From NCBI GenBank assembly GCA_964386765.1, contig CAYLUC010000001.1:4972-68971 (forward strand): a stretch of DNA of 64,000 nt, in the 5' to 3' direction. This document shows positions 30,327 to 41,700 of the stretch, piece by piece; within the stretch, counting starts at the first letter, position 1; the number at the start of each line of letters is the position of its first letter. Made by a program: the position numbers and the translations under genes. The notes below the pieces were generated by a model, which saw only the letters and a list, made by a program, of their open reading frames with translations, was not told the origin of the DNA and searched no databases. Source of the stretch: an uncultured Candidatus Poseidoniales archaeon. GTDB taxonomy: Archaea > Thermoplasmatota > Poseidoniia > Poseidoniales > Thalassarchaeaceae.

Positions 30327-31643
30327 ATGAAGACCATCAACGACGCAATCCATGGCCAGTTTAGGATAGACGGTGTCAGGAATGACTTGCTAAAGACCCC
30401 TGAGATGAATAAGCTGAGTCACATTAAGCAACTCGGCCTCGCACACTTGGTTTTCCCAGGGGCCCACCATACTCGTTTCGAGCATTCGCTGGGAGTATCC
30501 CACATCGCTGGAATGATGGCGGATTCAATGGGATTGGATGATTCTGAGACGGATTTGGTGCAGGTCGCTGCAATGTTGCATGATGTCGGGCACGGCCCAT
30601 ACTCTCACACACTGGAGCATATTCTACATGAGAGGGGTGGAAAGGATCACATGTCCATTACAGAGGGAATTATTACCGGGGACTATGATGTTCTCCGGGA
30701 AGGAGAGAGTAGCTCCATCAATAATAGGAAGTCGATCCCCGATATTCTCGAGGGATACGGAATCGATCCAAAGGAAGTTGCCAGCCTGATCAGGGGTCCG
30801 GATGCCCGAGGTTCAGAGAGGAACTTGATGACATGGTCGGAGGGACGTTCAGATTTCGTCGAGCAAGACAACACGCTCGCTCATCTAGTTCATGGGCCTG
30901 TTGATTGCGATCAGATAGACTACCTGCTAAGGGACTCCCACTTCACGGGGGTCAATCATGGGGTCATTGACTACCGGAGGCTAATCATGTGCCTCGAGAG
31001 GCATGGGGGCGACATCGCTGTAGAGGAGGGGGGACTCCCTGCCTTGGAGGGAATGCTGATGGCACGTGGCCTAATGTACAGTGCAGTATATTTCCACAGG
31101 GTTACGAGAGTCACAGAGATAATGCTGTCAAGGGCTGTCGAACGTAGTGAAGATCTGTTGCCCGACTCAGTTGATTTGCAGAGGCGAGTCGATGCAGAGA
31201 TATGGCAGGCCCTATATGGTGCCGGGGACTATGCTAGGGATATGATTAGGAGACTAAAGTACAGACAACTGCTCAAGGTATGCTCAAGCCGAAGGAGGCA
31301 GGAATTGAGTGATGAGCAAGTTGAACTCTTGGCTGGACTTGCCTCTGATTCCGAGAAGAGGAGGTCATTCGAGGATGAGATGGCACAGAGGTCAGGATTG
31401 GAGCCGGGATATGTCGCCGTCGATGTCCCCAACATCAAACTCCTTCTCGCTGAACCTAGGATGTCGCAAGTGGACATCAGAATAATCGGAGACGATGGGA
31501 AGACTAGGTGGTTCAAGGAACACACTCCTATCGCTGACGCTTTGAAGAATCGACAGGTTAGTCAAGCCGCAGTTTACATCATGACTCTCCCAGGTTATGA
31601 GAAAAGGGTCTCAGAAGTGGCCGACAGGATGATTTTCACATAA
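30327..31643 (+). CDS. HD-domain phosphohydrolase (SAMHD1/dNTPase-like)
   Basis: IKQLG, HTRFEHSLG, LHDVGHGPYSH, DxDxxDYLLRD, VYFH. Confidence 0.92.
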   Translation: MKTINDAIHGQFRIDGVRNDLLKTPEMNKLSHIKQLGLAHLVFPGAHHTRFEHSLGVSHIAGMMADSMGLDDSETDLVQVAAMLHDVGHGPYSHTLEHILHERGGKDHMSITEGIITGDYDVLREGESSSINNRKSIPDILEGYGIDPKEVASLIRGPDARGSERNLMTWSEGRSDFVEQDNTLAHLVHGPVDCDQIDYLLRDSHFTGVNHGVIDYRRLIMCLERHGGDIAVEEGGLPALEGMLMARGLMYSAVYFHRVTRVTEIMLSRAVERSEDLLPDSVDLQRRVDAEIWQALYGAGDYARDMIRRLKYRQLLKVCSSRRRQELSDEQVELLAGLASDSEKRRSFEDEMAQRSGLEPGYVAVDVPNIKLLLAEPRMSQVDIRIIGDDGKTRWFKEHTPIADALKNRQVSQAAVYIMTLPGYEKRVSEVADRMIFT

Positions 31644-31758
31644 TCCAATTCCCTCTAGATAGGAGCACTATCGGACATCTCGTAGGGATACCATTCAAAA
31701 GGGCGATTCGGGTCGCCAAAGCGCCCGGTACCTGTAAAAGGAATCGTTCAATCAACCG

Positions 31759-33123
31759 GTGAGTGCTATGGACAGCCAAATGAAAACAATTTACGACGGC
31801 GTAATCGCAAGAGATCCGAACCAACCTGAGTTTCATCAGGCCGTTGAGGAGGTCCTGGATTGCCTAGGGCCCGTAATCGATGCACACCCCGAGTTCCTTC
31901 CTGTCGTTGAGTCGATGGTAGAGGCCGAGAGAATCATTCAGTTTCGAGTTCCATGGTATGATGACAGTGGGAATTTACAAGTCAACAGGGGATTTAGAAT
32001 TCAGATGAACAGCGCCATCGGCCCTTACAAGGGCGGACTAAGATTCCACCCATCGGTGAATCAGTCGATACTCAAGTTCCTTGCATTCGAGCAGGTGTTC
32101 AAGAACAGTCTCACGGGCCTCCCGATGGGAGGTGGAAAGGGAGGTTCAGACTTCAATCCCAAGGGGAAGTCAGACTCCGAGGTGTTGAGGTTCTGTCAAT
32201 CTTTCATGATGGAGCTATGGAGGCATATTGGAGCAGATCTGGATGTACCAGCTGGAGATATTGGAGTAGGTGGAAGGGAGGTTGGCTACCTCTTCGGAAT
32301 GTACAAGAAGCTCGCAAATGAGTTCACGGGCGTTCTTACTGGCAAGGGCAGGTCATACGGGGGCTCTCTGATACGCCCCGAGGCAACCGGGTATGGTTTG
32401 GTTTACTTTGCCAGAGAGATGCTGGCAACCAAGGGGAAGTCATTCGAAGGCGCAACTGTCTCCATCAGTGGCTCGGGAAATGTGGCCCAATTCGCCTGTG
32501 AGAAGGTGCTAGACTTGGGAGGCAAACCAGTCACGATGTCTGATTCAGGAGGATGGATTCATGACCCCTCAGGAATTGACAGGGAGAAGCTCGCATGGAT
32601 TATGGATCTCAAAAACAACAAGAGAGGGAGAATTAGCGAGTACGCGAAAAACTTCGATGGAGTGAGCTATTCAAAGTCTGAACCAGAGCCTGCTTTGAGT
32701 GGCATCTGGGGGGCCGACGTCGACGTCGCACTCCCCTGTGCTACCCAGAATGAGATAAATGCCCAAGAAGCCGAGATGCTGGTCAAGAATGGCACAATAG
32801 CTGTAGCTGAGGGGGCCAATATGCCATGCACCCCTGAAGCCGTGGAAATTTTCCTGAATAATGGGGTGTTATTCGCCCCAGGAAAGGCGAGTAATGCGGG
32901 CGGAGTCGCCACATCCGGTCTAGAAATGAGTCAGAATAGCTTGAGACTCTCGTGGACAAGAGAGGAAGTAGACCAAAGATTGGAGTCAATCATGGTCGAG
33001 ATACACAAGTCCGCCTCTGAAACAGCAGCGGAATACGGCATGCCTGGGAACTACGTGGCCGGGGCAAACATTGCCGGATTCCTAAAGGTGGCAGAAGCGA
33101 TGACTGCCCAAGGAATGATCTAG
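31759..33123 (+). CDS. gdhA: NADP-specific glutamate dehydrogenase
   Basis: [37 protein letters not shown]. Confidence 0.96.
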   Translation: MSAMDSQMKTIYDGVIARDPNQPEFHQAVEEVLDCLGPVIDAHPEFLPVVESMVEAERIIQFRVPWYDDSGNLQVNRGFRIQMNSAIGPYKGGLRFHPSVNQSILKFLAFEQVFKNSLTGLPMGGGKGGSDFNPKGKSDSEVLRFCQSFMMELWRHIGADLDVPAGDIGVGGREVGYLFGMYKKLANEFTGVLTGKGRSYGGSLIRPEATGYGLVYFAREMLATKGKSFEGATVSISGSGNVAQFACEKVLDLGGKPVTMSDSGGWIHDPSGIDREKLAWIMDLKNNKRGRISEYAKNFDGVSYSKSEPEPALSGIWGADVDVALPCATQNEINAQEAEMLVKNGTIAVAEGANMPCTPEAVEIFLNNGVLFAPGKASNAGGVATSGLEMSQNSLRLSWTREEVDQRLESIMVEIHKSASETAAEYGMPGNYVAGANIAGFLKVAEAMTAQGMI

Positions 33124-33863
33124 TTCTCCTCGTTGATAGACGATAGGAACCTCTTGAGGCGATCCGTTTTTGGGTTATCGATAATTGACGAGGGGCCCGT
33201 TTCTGCCACCACTCCCTGATCCATGTAAATCACCCGATCAGCTACATCTCTTGCGAAACTTATCTCATGAGTGACGACAACCATTGTCATCCCTTCGTCA
33301 GCAAGGCCTCGAATGGTCTTCAGCACGGACCCAATGAGCTCAGGGTCCAGGGCACTGGTCGGTTCATCGAAAAGCAATACCTCGGGCTTCATCGCAAGGG
33401 CTCTGGCAATGGCGACTCGTTGCTTTTGTCCGCCAGAGAGATTTCCCGGGTAAGCATCAATCCTGTCAAGCATATCGACTCTCCCCAGAACTGCCAAAGC
33501 CCGCTCTTCCGCCTCCTTCTTGCTCATTTTTCTCACCTGCCTTAGTCCTAATGTGATGTTATCCAATACCTTCAGATGGGCGAACAACTCGAACGACTGG
33601 AACACCATCCCTATCCTCGATCTCAGATTGTTAATGTCGGTATGCGGCGTGTTGACTTGCTCGCCTTTCAGGAGAACCTTCCCCCCCGTCGGCTCAATTA
33701 GTCGGTTGATACATCGAAGAACGGTGGATTTTCCGCTCCCAGAAGAGCCAATTATCGCAATAGACTCACCCTCATTGACGTCGAAAGAAATACCTCTAAC
33801 TGCATGAACTCCACCAGCGTAAATCATGTTTAGATCAACGATTTCCAGTACTTTCTCAGGCAT
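33120..33863 (-). CDS. Polar amino-acid ABC transporter ATP-binding protein (GlnQ-like)
   Basis: [39 protein letters not shown]. Confidence 0.95.
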   Translation of the reverse strand: MPEKVLEIVDLNMIYAGGVHAVRGISFDVNEGESIAIIGSSGSGKSTVLRCINRLIEPTGGKVLLKGEQVNTPHTDINNLRSRIGMVFQSFELFAHLKVLDNITLGLRQVRKMSKKEAEERALAVLGRVDMLDRIDAYPGNLSGGQKQRVAIARALAMKPEVLLFDEPTSALDPELIGSVLKTIRGLADEGMTMVVVTHEISFARDVADRVIYMDQGVVAETGPSSIIDNPKTDRLKRFLSSINEEN

Positions 33864-35999
33864 TCAGTTACCCCCTGTCATACCTAGGCCCGGAATCCTA
33901 GTCTTTTCTTCCATCCACCTGAGGAAAAGTGCGAGAGTCCAGGTCACTACGAAGTAGGATATCAGCACCATCCCCCAAGCGTATGCATATTGGAACGTAC
34001 TTGCAACAATCAACTTCCCCTGACGGGTGAGCTCTGCATATCCAATAATCATAGCAAGTGATGAGTTGAGTACTAAGTTGACCATCTCATTCCCCATTGG
34101 GGGTATGCAGATCCTAATTGCTTGAGGCATTATCACTCGGCGCATGGTTTGTAGGTAGGTCAGACCAATGCTTCTTCCCGCTTCCATCTGGGCAGAAGGA
34201 ATTGCCTGAATCGCGCCCCTAATGGTTTCACACTGGTAAGCACCGGAATTGAAGCCAAGGGCGCAAATCGCGCTGATGAAAGCCGAATCATACAGCATCC
34301 CTCCCACTAGTGTTCCATAATTTGACTCAGAATAGTCATACCTAGCGAAAATGTCCGTCAGGAAATTGTGATTCTCCTCCAAATTTTCGAAGCTAAAGAC
34401 CTCCAGGCCAGGTCCTTGAATAAGTGCTCCCAGACGAACTCCGAAGTGAATAAACAAGAATTGAACAATCAAGGGAGTATTTCGGAAGAAGTCGGTATAC
34501 ACAGTCGCTATAGTGTTTAGAGGCCTCACTCTCCAAGGATTCAATGCTATATTCTTAATTCTGATTTTTGCAAATTCACCATTGTTGCTCAGGAATAGCA
34601 AACCTACGAATGTCAGAGCAATCCCAAGTAGAATCCTTAGGAAAGATTCTGGTGCACCGACGGGTAGGAAAATGTACTCAATGCCCTGTAATCCAAGATC
34701 AGTAGTTCCGGGAATCGCCGAGTATATCTGAAAAATCCCAGCTCCCAGAATGGGAACTCCCGCCATTCTGACATATCGAGGTTCGTACCGCTCCACAATA
34801 TACTTCAGAGATGTCGGGGAGGTTTTGCACATAGCGAGAGTTATCCCTAGGAAGAAACCGAGAACAATACCAAATGCGACTATCTTCAATGTTGCAATGA
34901 ATCCAGATAGGAACATTTCCTTCGTCTCATCTACGAAGACTCCGAAGTTCCCATATTCGGGAATTACGAAACCAATCTGGTCATCCTCGCCCGCATCCTC
35001 AGTCCATAGGATGGACCCTCCGTCCCCAATGGCTATTCCAGTAAATCCATTCAACATTAAAATGCCATTGAAATCGGTTTCGTTGCCAAGTGGATTGATC
35101 TGCTGCGAAACAATGGTCCCACCATTAATGCTCATTGAGAGATATCCCCCGGCTCCAGTCATCAGTAGCTTCGAGGTTGAAACAACTTCTAGCGAGGTCA
35201 ACTCGACATCCAGTGTCTCGGGACCCAGGATGTATTCGTTGGTCCCAGGGGGGTAGTGTCTTTCGAAATCTATGAGCGTCCAGACATAACCTACATCAGT
35301 ACCAGTCACTACATTGCTCATCGACATCAGAATCCTACCGTCATTTGTGATGGCATATATCCGAGTGGGGCTGTAGAATTCGACCGAGACAATTTCCGAA
35401 CCTCCCGCTCCCTCGGGAGCTTCCCTATATTCCCAGTTCTCACCTCCATCTTCGGAGAATAGTATGGTGCCATCGGAACCAACTACAATGCCTAGATCCT
35501 CATCAAGAAATGAGACGTCCAGTAGATCGCTTTCGATAGATAGACTAATCTCATTCCATCCCCCACCTTCCAGTTCCCAAATCGTCCCTTGATTACCTAC
35601 GGCTATGGCGCTCTGACTCCCTGTTAGGGATATCCCATTTACTTGCGAACCACTGGGAAGGGAAATGTCCATCCATTCGTTATCAACACTGTCTTTCAGA
35701 AGCACTAATCCTGAATCCCCTGAAATTATTAGAGATCCAAAATCAGAGTCTGAATGGTGAATGTCAGACGTCGTGGGCGAGTCCGAGGACTCCCAGGAAA
35801 CCCCGTCGTCGATGCTTTGGAGAATTACGCCTCCCGTACCGAATGCCCATACTTGTCCGTCATAGTATGCAGCTGTCAGAAGATCATCCGAGGTTCCGCT
35901 TTCAACGACTTCCCAACTGCTCGTGAAATCACTTGCTTGTCCCGGAGTTGAGCCTGCCAAAAGAAGAATCACCGCAGCCATAGTGACAATTCTGGCCAT
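33864..35999 (-). CDS. Amino-acid ABC permease with N-terminal Asp-box/YCF48-like beta-propeller
   Basis: Signal peptide, SxDxGxxW repeats, then FRNTPLIVQ and Q.EAGRSIGL...PQA permease motifs; start ATG 35999 after GGAGG. Confidence 0.88.
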   Translation of the reverse strand: MARIVTMAAVILLLAGSTPGQASDFTSSWEVVESGTSDDLLTAAYYDGQVWAFGTGGVILQSIDDGVSWESSDSPTTSDIHHSDSDFGSLIISGDSGLVLLKDSVDNEWMDISLPSGSQVNGISLTGSQSAIAVGNQGTIWELEGGGWNEISLSIESDLLDVSFLDEDLGIVVGSDGTILFSEDGGENWEYREAPEGAGGSEIVSVEFYSPTRIYAITNDGRILMSMSNVVTGTDVGYVWTLIDFERHYPPGTNEYILGPETLDVELTSLEVVSTSKLLMTGAGGYLSMSINGGTIVSQQINPLGNETDFNGILMLNGFTGIAIGDGGSILWTEDAGEDDQIGFVIPEYGNFGVFVDETKEMFLSGFIATLKIVAFGIVLGFFLGITLAMCKTSPTSLKYIVERYEPRYVRMAGVPILGAGIFQIYSAIPGTTDLGLQGIEYIFLPVGAPESFLRILLGIALTFVGLLFLSNNGEFAKIRIKNIALNPWRVRPLNTIATVYTDFFRNTPLIVQFLFIHFGVRLGALIQGPGLEVFSFENLEENHNFLTDIFARYDYSESNYGTLVGGMLYDSAFISAICALGFNSGAYQCETIRGAIQAIPSAQMEAGRSIGLTYLQTMRRVIMPQAIRICIPPMGNEMVNLVLNSSLAMIIGYAELTRQGKLIVASTFQYAYAWGMVLISYFVVTWTLALFLRWMEEKTRIPGLGMTGGN

Positions 36000-36132
36000 T
36001 CCAACCCTCCCTCCTGCCGGGAGGAGTCGAGATTCCGCTTCGTACATGGCGAGCCCTGATGTCTGGCATTCTTCCTTGGATATAGTCTAGGCGGACCGCC
36101 AATTCTAAGTCAAAACGCTCTTTGATGCAGTC

Positions 36133-37110
36133 ATGAAGGGGATTGCCGCCGTTCTAATCGTCCCGATTCTGCTGTCCTCTTCATGGGTTCTTGCGTCAGG
36201 AGAGTCAGTGTATTCAATAGGCACTATTGCAGGCGAGGAATCTTCACATTTCATAGCGCAGAACTCCGAACTCCAAGAGGTTGAGTTCGAGAACGTCCCC
36301 TTCGCCATGAGGGCTCTAAGGGACGGGGATGTTGACTATGTGATTGGCCCCCATCACTTACTCACTGATTCTGAGATGATTACGCAGTGGTCCACAATTT
36401 CAGTACATGACATGTTCGATATTTCGGATTATTTCGTGGCCATGATTAGATCCGACAGTTCTCAGGAAACTGGCAACGATGAGCTTAGGTACGCGGTCAA
36501 CTCCGCTTTAGCAGACATATTCCAAAGGGGCACTGCCTTCTCGACTCACCAACTATGGTTCGCAGACCTTCCTCAGTTACAATTCTCAAATTATGAGATG
36601 TATGAGGATGCTTGGCCCACACCAACAGAGGGCGGCACACTCCATAGGATTCTGTATGAGGATACCGACATGGGGGTATGCATGTTGGACCAAGACTCCT
36701 CGATGACCAAGATTGGCAATAATGGGGGACTAGTGGGGTTCGAGGTCGACATGGCCGAGATGATAACAAACAGTATAGCAAGCAACTATGAAGTCGAGCT
36801 GACTCTGTATAGGCACAACAGCGGAGTGTTCGAAAACGTGCTCGGTGATCTGACCGATTCCGATCTTTGTGACATTGCAATGGCTTCGATAACAACAGAT
36901 CAGATGCCCGAGGGCTTCATTTCATCATCCCCCTACCATGTTGGTGGATCAGTGTTACTCTCATCTTCTGAGTCACCCGAAATTTCCGATGTCGCAGATC
37001 TATTCAGCCCCCACAGTCCCCAAGGGGAAGGTTCCAATTTCGATTTGAGAATAATCGCGATATTCCTCCTTACGGTTTTCATAGTTAGAGAAGCAGTCAG
37101 GAAAGACTGA
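36133..37110 (+). CDS. Family-3 substrate-binding-protein-like, apparently circularly permuted, C-terminal TM anchor
   Basis: ALRDGDVD, ELRYAVNSAL...WF precede GTLHRIL, LVGFEVDM, DIAMASIT, SSPY; divergent from the permease. Confidence 0.75.
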   Translation: MKGIAAVLIVPILLSSSWVLASGESVYSIGTIAGEESSHFIAQNSELQEVEFENVPFAMRALRDGDVDYVIGPHHLLTDSEMITQWSTISVHDMFDISDYFVAMIRSDSSQETGNDELRYAVNSALADIFQRGTAFSTHQLWFADLPQLQFSNYEMYEDAWPTPTEGGTLHRILYEDTDMGVCMLDQDSSMTKIGNNGGLVGFEVDMAEMITNSIASNYEVELTLYRHNSGVFENVLGDLTDSDLCDIAMASITTDQMPEGFISSSPYHVGGSVLLSSSESPEISDVADLFSPHSPQGEGSNFDLRIIAIFLLTVFIVREAVRKD

Positions 37111-37156
37111 CGAGACATCAGTAATGTTCATCGGCGTACTACTGCCGAAGGGTTCC

Positions 37157-38068
37157 ATGGCAGAGATGATGTATCAGGGGAAGGTGAAGCAGGTTTGGAG
37201 TACCGATGACCCAGAAGTGATTGAGTTCAGGTATACAGATCAGATTAGCGTATTCGATCAGATAATCCCTAGTCTTGTACCAAGAAAGGGAGAGAGCCTG
37301 AACAGAACTACATGTCATTGGTTCAATTTAGTCGAGCAAGAGGGAATTTGTGAGACTCATCTAATTGAGATGAATGCCCCAGATAGGTGCCTCGCTAGGA
37401 AATTCGAAGTAATCAAAGAGCCGGGAGCAATTCCGAGAGACATGGAGAACGTCTTCGTTCCATTAGAGGTAATATGCAGACATCACCTTGCTGGCTCCGG
37501 TTGGAGGAGGTATGAGAGGGGGGACGTCGGTCCGGAAGAATTTGGCTTTGAGCCGGGGCAATCCCTTGTAATGGGGGTGAAACTCCCCCGACCTTATTTG
37601 GAGGTTTCAACAAAATTTGAGAAGTTCGACAGGTTACTTGACAGACAGGAGGCACTAGAAATTTCTAACTTGACCGAAGAGGAGTTTGATGCAATATTGG
37701 ACTGCGTCTTGGCAATTGACGAGATTATTGAGAGGGAGGCCTCTGCTAGGGGCCTAATACATGTGGATGGGAAGAAGGAGTTTGCGTTGGGCGTCGGTAG
37801 GAAACCAGTCCTGGTAGACTCATTTGGGACGCTCGACGAGGACCGTTGGTGGGATGCAGAGACCTACGAGAAGGGACAGATTGTTTCTCTATCAAAGGAA
37901 TTTGTTCGTGAGTATTACCTTGGGACCGGACATCACACGGAACTCTATCGGGCTAGGAAATCTGGGACGCCCGAACCACCCATACCGCCGCTTCCAGAGG
38001 AAATAATTTCCAGAACAGCAAATTTGTATTCTGAGATGTTTGAGAGGCTTACTGGAACTCCGTTTTAG
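37157..38068 (+). CDS. purC: Phosphoribosylaminoimidazole-succinocarboxamide synthase
   Basis: YQGKVK, DQISVFD, PLEVICR, STK, VDGKKEF, SLSKEFVR. Confidence 0.93.
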   Translation: MAEMMYQGKVKQVWSTDDPEVIEFRYTDQISVFDQIIPSLVPRKGESLNRTTCHWFNLVEQEGICETHLIEMNAPDRCLARKFEVIKEPGAIPRDMENVFVPLEVICRHHLAGSGWRRYERGDVGPEEFGFEPGQSLVMGVKLPRPYLEVSTKFEKFDRLLDRQEALEISNLTEEEFDAILDCVLAIDEIIEREASARGLIHVDGKKEFALGVGRKPVLVDSFGTLDEDRWWDAETYEKGQIVSLSKEFVREYYLGTGHHTELYRARKSGTPEPPIPPLPEEIISRTANLYSEMFERLTGTPF

Positions 38069-38695
38069 TTAGGCATGCATCCTCATTAGAATCCCGCACC
38101 CCCTCTTCTCTGCAGACCTAAGTATTGAAAGAAGGTGCCTGAAACCATAGTCAACACCCCCGTCTAATGGCTCATCGGCCAATGCAGTCCATCTCCCGGA
38201 TCTTATCGAGGTTCTCAATTCCCTGACCTCGGAGCTATTGATCCACCCGAGTAGCTTCATCCCTCCAAATCCATCTCTAAATCCCGGCTCACCCAAGTTC
38301 TCTTCGGACAGCCCATCACAAAGTTTGGCTAGGAGTTCGTGCAATGCTGTCATGTCACCCTTCTGCCTAGTGTATGATAAGAGGTACGAAACTACATTGC
38401 CGTCATCACTCGGGAACCTCCCAAGCTTCTCCTTTGTCGCCATGGAATCGAGAGGCATTGATGTCGTCCCATCCTCCTCCCAGTCACCACTTGCGAGATA
38501 AAGCATGGTGGCTGGATCAAATTGGGCTTCTTGCCCCTGGCGAAGATTCTGGATGTCTTTGGAATGAGGGCACATGGGAATCAAATCAGTATGATCCCCT
38601 CCGATGGAAGCTTGAATCAGGGGTATCAAGTCGATCAAGTCATTCGTAATGGGGTCAAATGTGTAGAACGCGGGAGTCGGAGGTGCCCTAGACAT
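38069..38695 (-). CDS. Hypothetical protein
   Basis: 208-aa ORF with GGGGGAG upstream, co-directional with the 1912-aa gene; no motif recognised. Confidence 0.7.
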   Translation of the reverse strand: MSRAPPTPAFYTFDPITNDLIDLIPLIQASIGGDHTDLIPMCPHSKDIQNLRQGQEAQFDPATMLYLASGDWEEDGTTSMPLDSMATKEKLGRFPSDDGNVVSYLLSYTRQKGDMTALHELLAKLCDGLSEENLGEPGFRDGFGGMKLLGWINSSEVRELRTSIRSGRWTALADEPLDGGVDYGFRHLLSILRSAEKRGCGILMRMHA

Positions 38696-38709
38696 TGAGA
38701 CTCCCCCGT

Positions 38710-41700
38710 TTACCTGTCGCCCGTGAGTCTGTTTAGACGACTCTCGAAAGAGTCGTCATCAGGCTGTTCAGGAACCTCGATATTATCTGGGGGGGTATCA
38801 TCATCTTCTCTCGGTTTGGCATCGGATGCCCCATCTCGCAATTCGCTCTCCAATTTTTCTGATGAGGAAACTGGAGAGCCCCCCTTGCTCTCCGCTATGG
38901 ATGCCCTCTTCTCAATCGCTTTCTTCTCAACTGCTAGGCGGGTTTTCTCCATCATTTCCCGGCCTTCCCTGTAATTGCTAATCATCCATGATATCGCTAT
39001 AGAGGCTCCAATTACTATGGCCGCTGCTGCAATCGCCGTACTTGAATCACTTATTCCAATTTCAGCGTCCTCCCCTCCCGAGAGAACTATTCTAGCTTCA
39101 TCGTCAGAAGAATCCGCATCTTGGTCCCAGGGGAAGTCACAACTAATGGTGGCCACAAGCTCCACTGTATCTTCAACATCCGGCCTGTCAATGGATGGTT
39201 TGGGAGCCAGTGCATTTGCTGTCGTCATGTCCACAAGGTGAGTGGAAGAGTACTCTCCAGCCACAATAGAGATGAAACACTGGGTGCCCACAGGGAGCAA
39301 CTCGTGATTATCCCTTTTTGTGGAAATTTCAATTTTTTGGCTCGCACCTTGTCCATCTAACTCGAGTTGTACCAAACCAACATTCCAATCACTCCTGCGG
39401 ACTTCAAAGGTCTGATAATTTGAGGTTACTAGAATCCCCCTTGAGTCCAATAACCTAATCGAGATTTCCCTATTCCCCGGAGAAGGTGACCACTCATTAG
39501 AACTCATGTTGACCACTCCTGTAGAATTAGCCCCAACCGTGCCAGATTGCGACTCCATCATGTTGCCCATGTCATCAATGAGCAATACGGTGTAATCGAA
39601 AGATGACGTTCCATTGCCTATGGAGCAACTAGCCGAGAGTTCACCGACCGTTCCGTCGATTGCACAATTTGCATTTCTGGTAGGCGGGATAACTACAATC
39701 GATTTGTATTGCAGATATCCAGTATTGGCGTCTGAGGAAACTGAAATCTCTCCACTCCCGCTCGAAGTAGCAGGCCATGACCACCCGCCCAACTCGTTCC
39801 AGTTCAGAAGTCCCGAACTGGAGTCGGATACCGTCGAGTCGGAGTTTGAATTATGGATACCGAGCAGAGCGTGATCGCCACTGGTTGAGATAATCACTGG
39901 AGATGTGGCCCAAGAAAACCCTCCCTGTTCGGTGTCAAGGTTAATTTCACGTTGGTTCCCCTCTGAATCCTCAGCCAATATTCTGATTGTCTTCACACTG
40001 CCATCCCAGTTATCATTAGGAATCAACTCCAGTGGGACTCCAACAACCTCCCCGACGCCCAGAATCACTTCCTCTCTGCCGGAGACTGACCAATCCAGTG
40101 GGAGGCTCAGGACTTGTAGTGAGATGGTAGTGGGGGCATTGCCGAGATTCTCGAGCATCGCTAGTGGGTGTCCCCCAGAGTTGCTAACCAACCAACTCCC
40201 CTCTCCAGATAGTGAGAAATCATGTGTGACTGCAACTCTGAGTGGGAAAACAATCTCGGAAATAACGCTGGAGTCGCCCTCTCTTAGACGAAGATGTAGT
40301 TCCACTGCTCTGCCGTAGACGGCATTCTGAGGGGGGGTGATATTGAGGATGAGGGGGGCTGTCTCACCTGGGGAAAGGATAGGGAGGTCCTCCGGGTCAT
40401 CGACATCCCAGCCCGATTCACCAGTGATGAACATCGATGCATACGCTCTCGTTGGGGCATTGCCTTCCTGTACAACAGTAAGTTGAATTTCCGAACCGAG
40501 AGGGTCGATTTCTAGATTCGCTTGATCGGCCATAGCATTCCAGGATGGAACATGACCGGATTCTATTGTGAATGTGAAATTGGAAACTTCGTCACCCTGG
40601 GAAGTAGCGGTTACGGTTACAGACATTGATGAGCCACTCCAAGATTCGCTATCACTACTTGAGACAATCCTCATTTGGACCGTCTGATTAACGGCTACTC
40701 CCTCGGCAGAGTCCCCAGTAGAACTCCAATCTGTGGATGAGTCTCCATCTACCAGGTCTAGTGAAGTTGTGACGTCCAGGCTAATTTCATCTACAAGATT
40801 GCCTACGTTCTTTGCATCCACGTCGATGAATAGTGAACTACCGGGAAGAATTACGAAAACCGCTCCTTCCGGTCCTTCATAGTAATCAACTATCTGGCCA
40901 GAGTCAGATGTGGTAAGGTTCCACCTGTGGTCCTGCTTAGCCTCTAGGGACACAACATCCGATGAGGAAACATCAGGATCTCCCAACGACATGACGGTGA
41001 ATTCAATTCTAACTGGAACTCCAGCTGGGGTACTTTCGGGAAGAGTCACCGTTACAGGTACCGTTGTTAGGCTGCCCGAGGTCAACTCCACTTCATCAAT
41101 AGAGAAATCCACTGTGACTCCCGGGTCGCTGGTAATGTTTGAATCCAACAAGACTGAGTAATCTAAAGTGTATGAATCATCGCCATTGCCAGGATTTTCA
41201 AGTCTTAGAACCACTAATGACTCTTCATCCACCTCTGTCAAATATGGCTGTTCTTGCGGCGAAATCACGCTGACTGTAGATCTATAAATTTGCAATACCT
41301 CTAGTGTAATTATCAGGTAATGATCAGAAGACTCTGTACTGGTCTCTGAGAAATAATGGAATGCAGGGGACGCGTCCTCTGGTAGGTTCACTATTATCGA
41401 GCCAGAAGCCATATTCCCGGCTGAACCAGACATTACCACGGAGTCCCCTGTAACCGAAATATCACCTGTTCCTGACCACGACCACCCTGGAAGGGCCATT
41501 CCCATTTCCGAGAGTGACCAAGTTAGAGTTCCATCATCCGGGGGCATTTCAGCAATCACCGTCCACTCCAATCCATTCGCAGGGACGCTTCTGATATGCA
41601 TCCCAGTGACTACACTTGATGAGTGAAATGTTAGTTGGATTGTTTGGCATGTCTCTTCTTCGGTTCCTGTTCCCACACACATTGTTAGGGGGGTGCTAAC

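Noticed and set aside
31702-31717. GGCGA-TTCGGG-TCGCC hairpin before gdhA as a riboswitch
   Set aside because: A single short stem with no further structure; insufficient evidence
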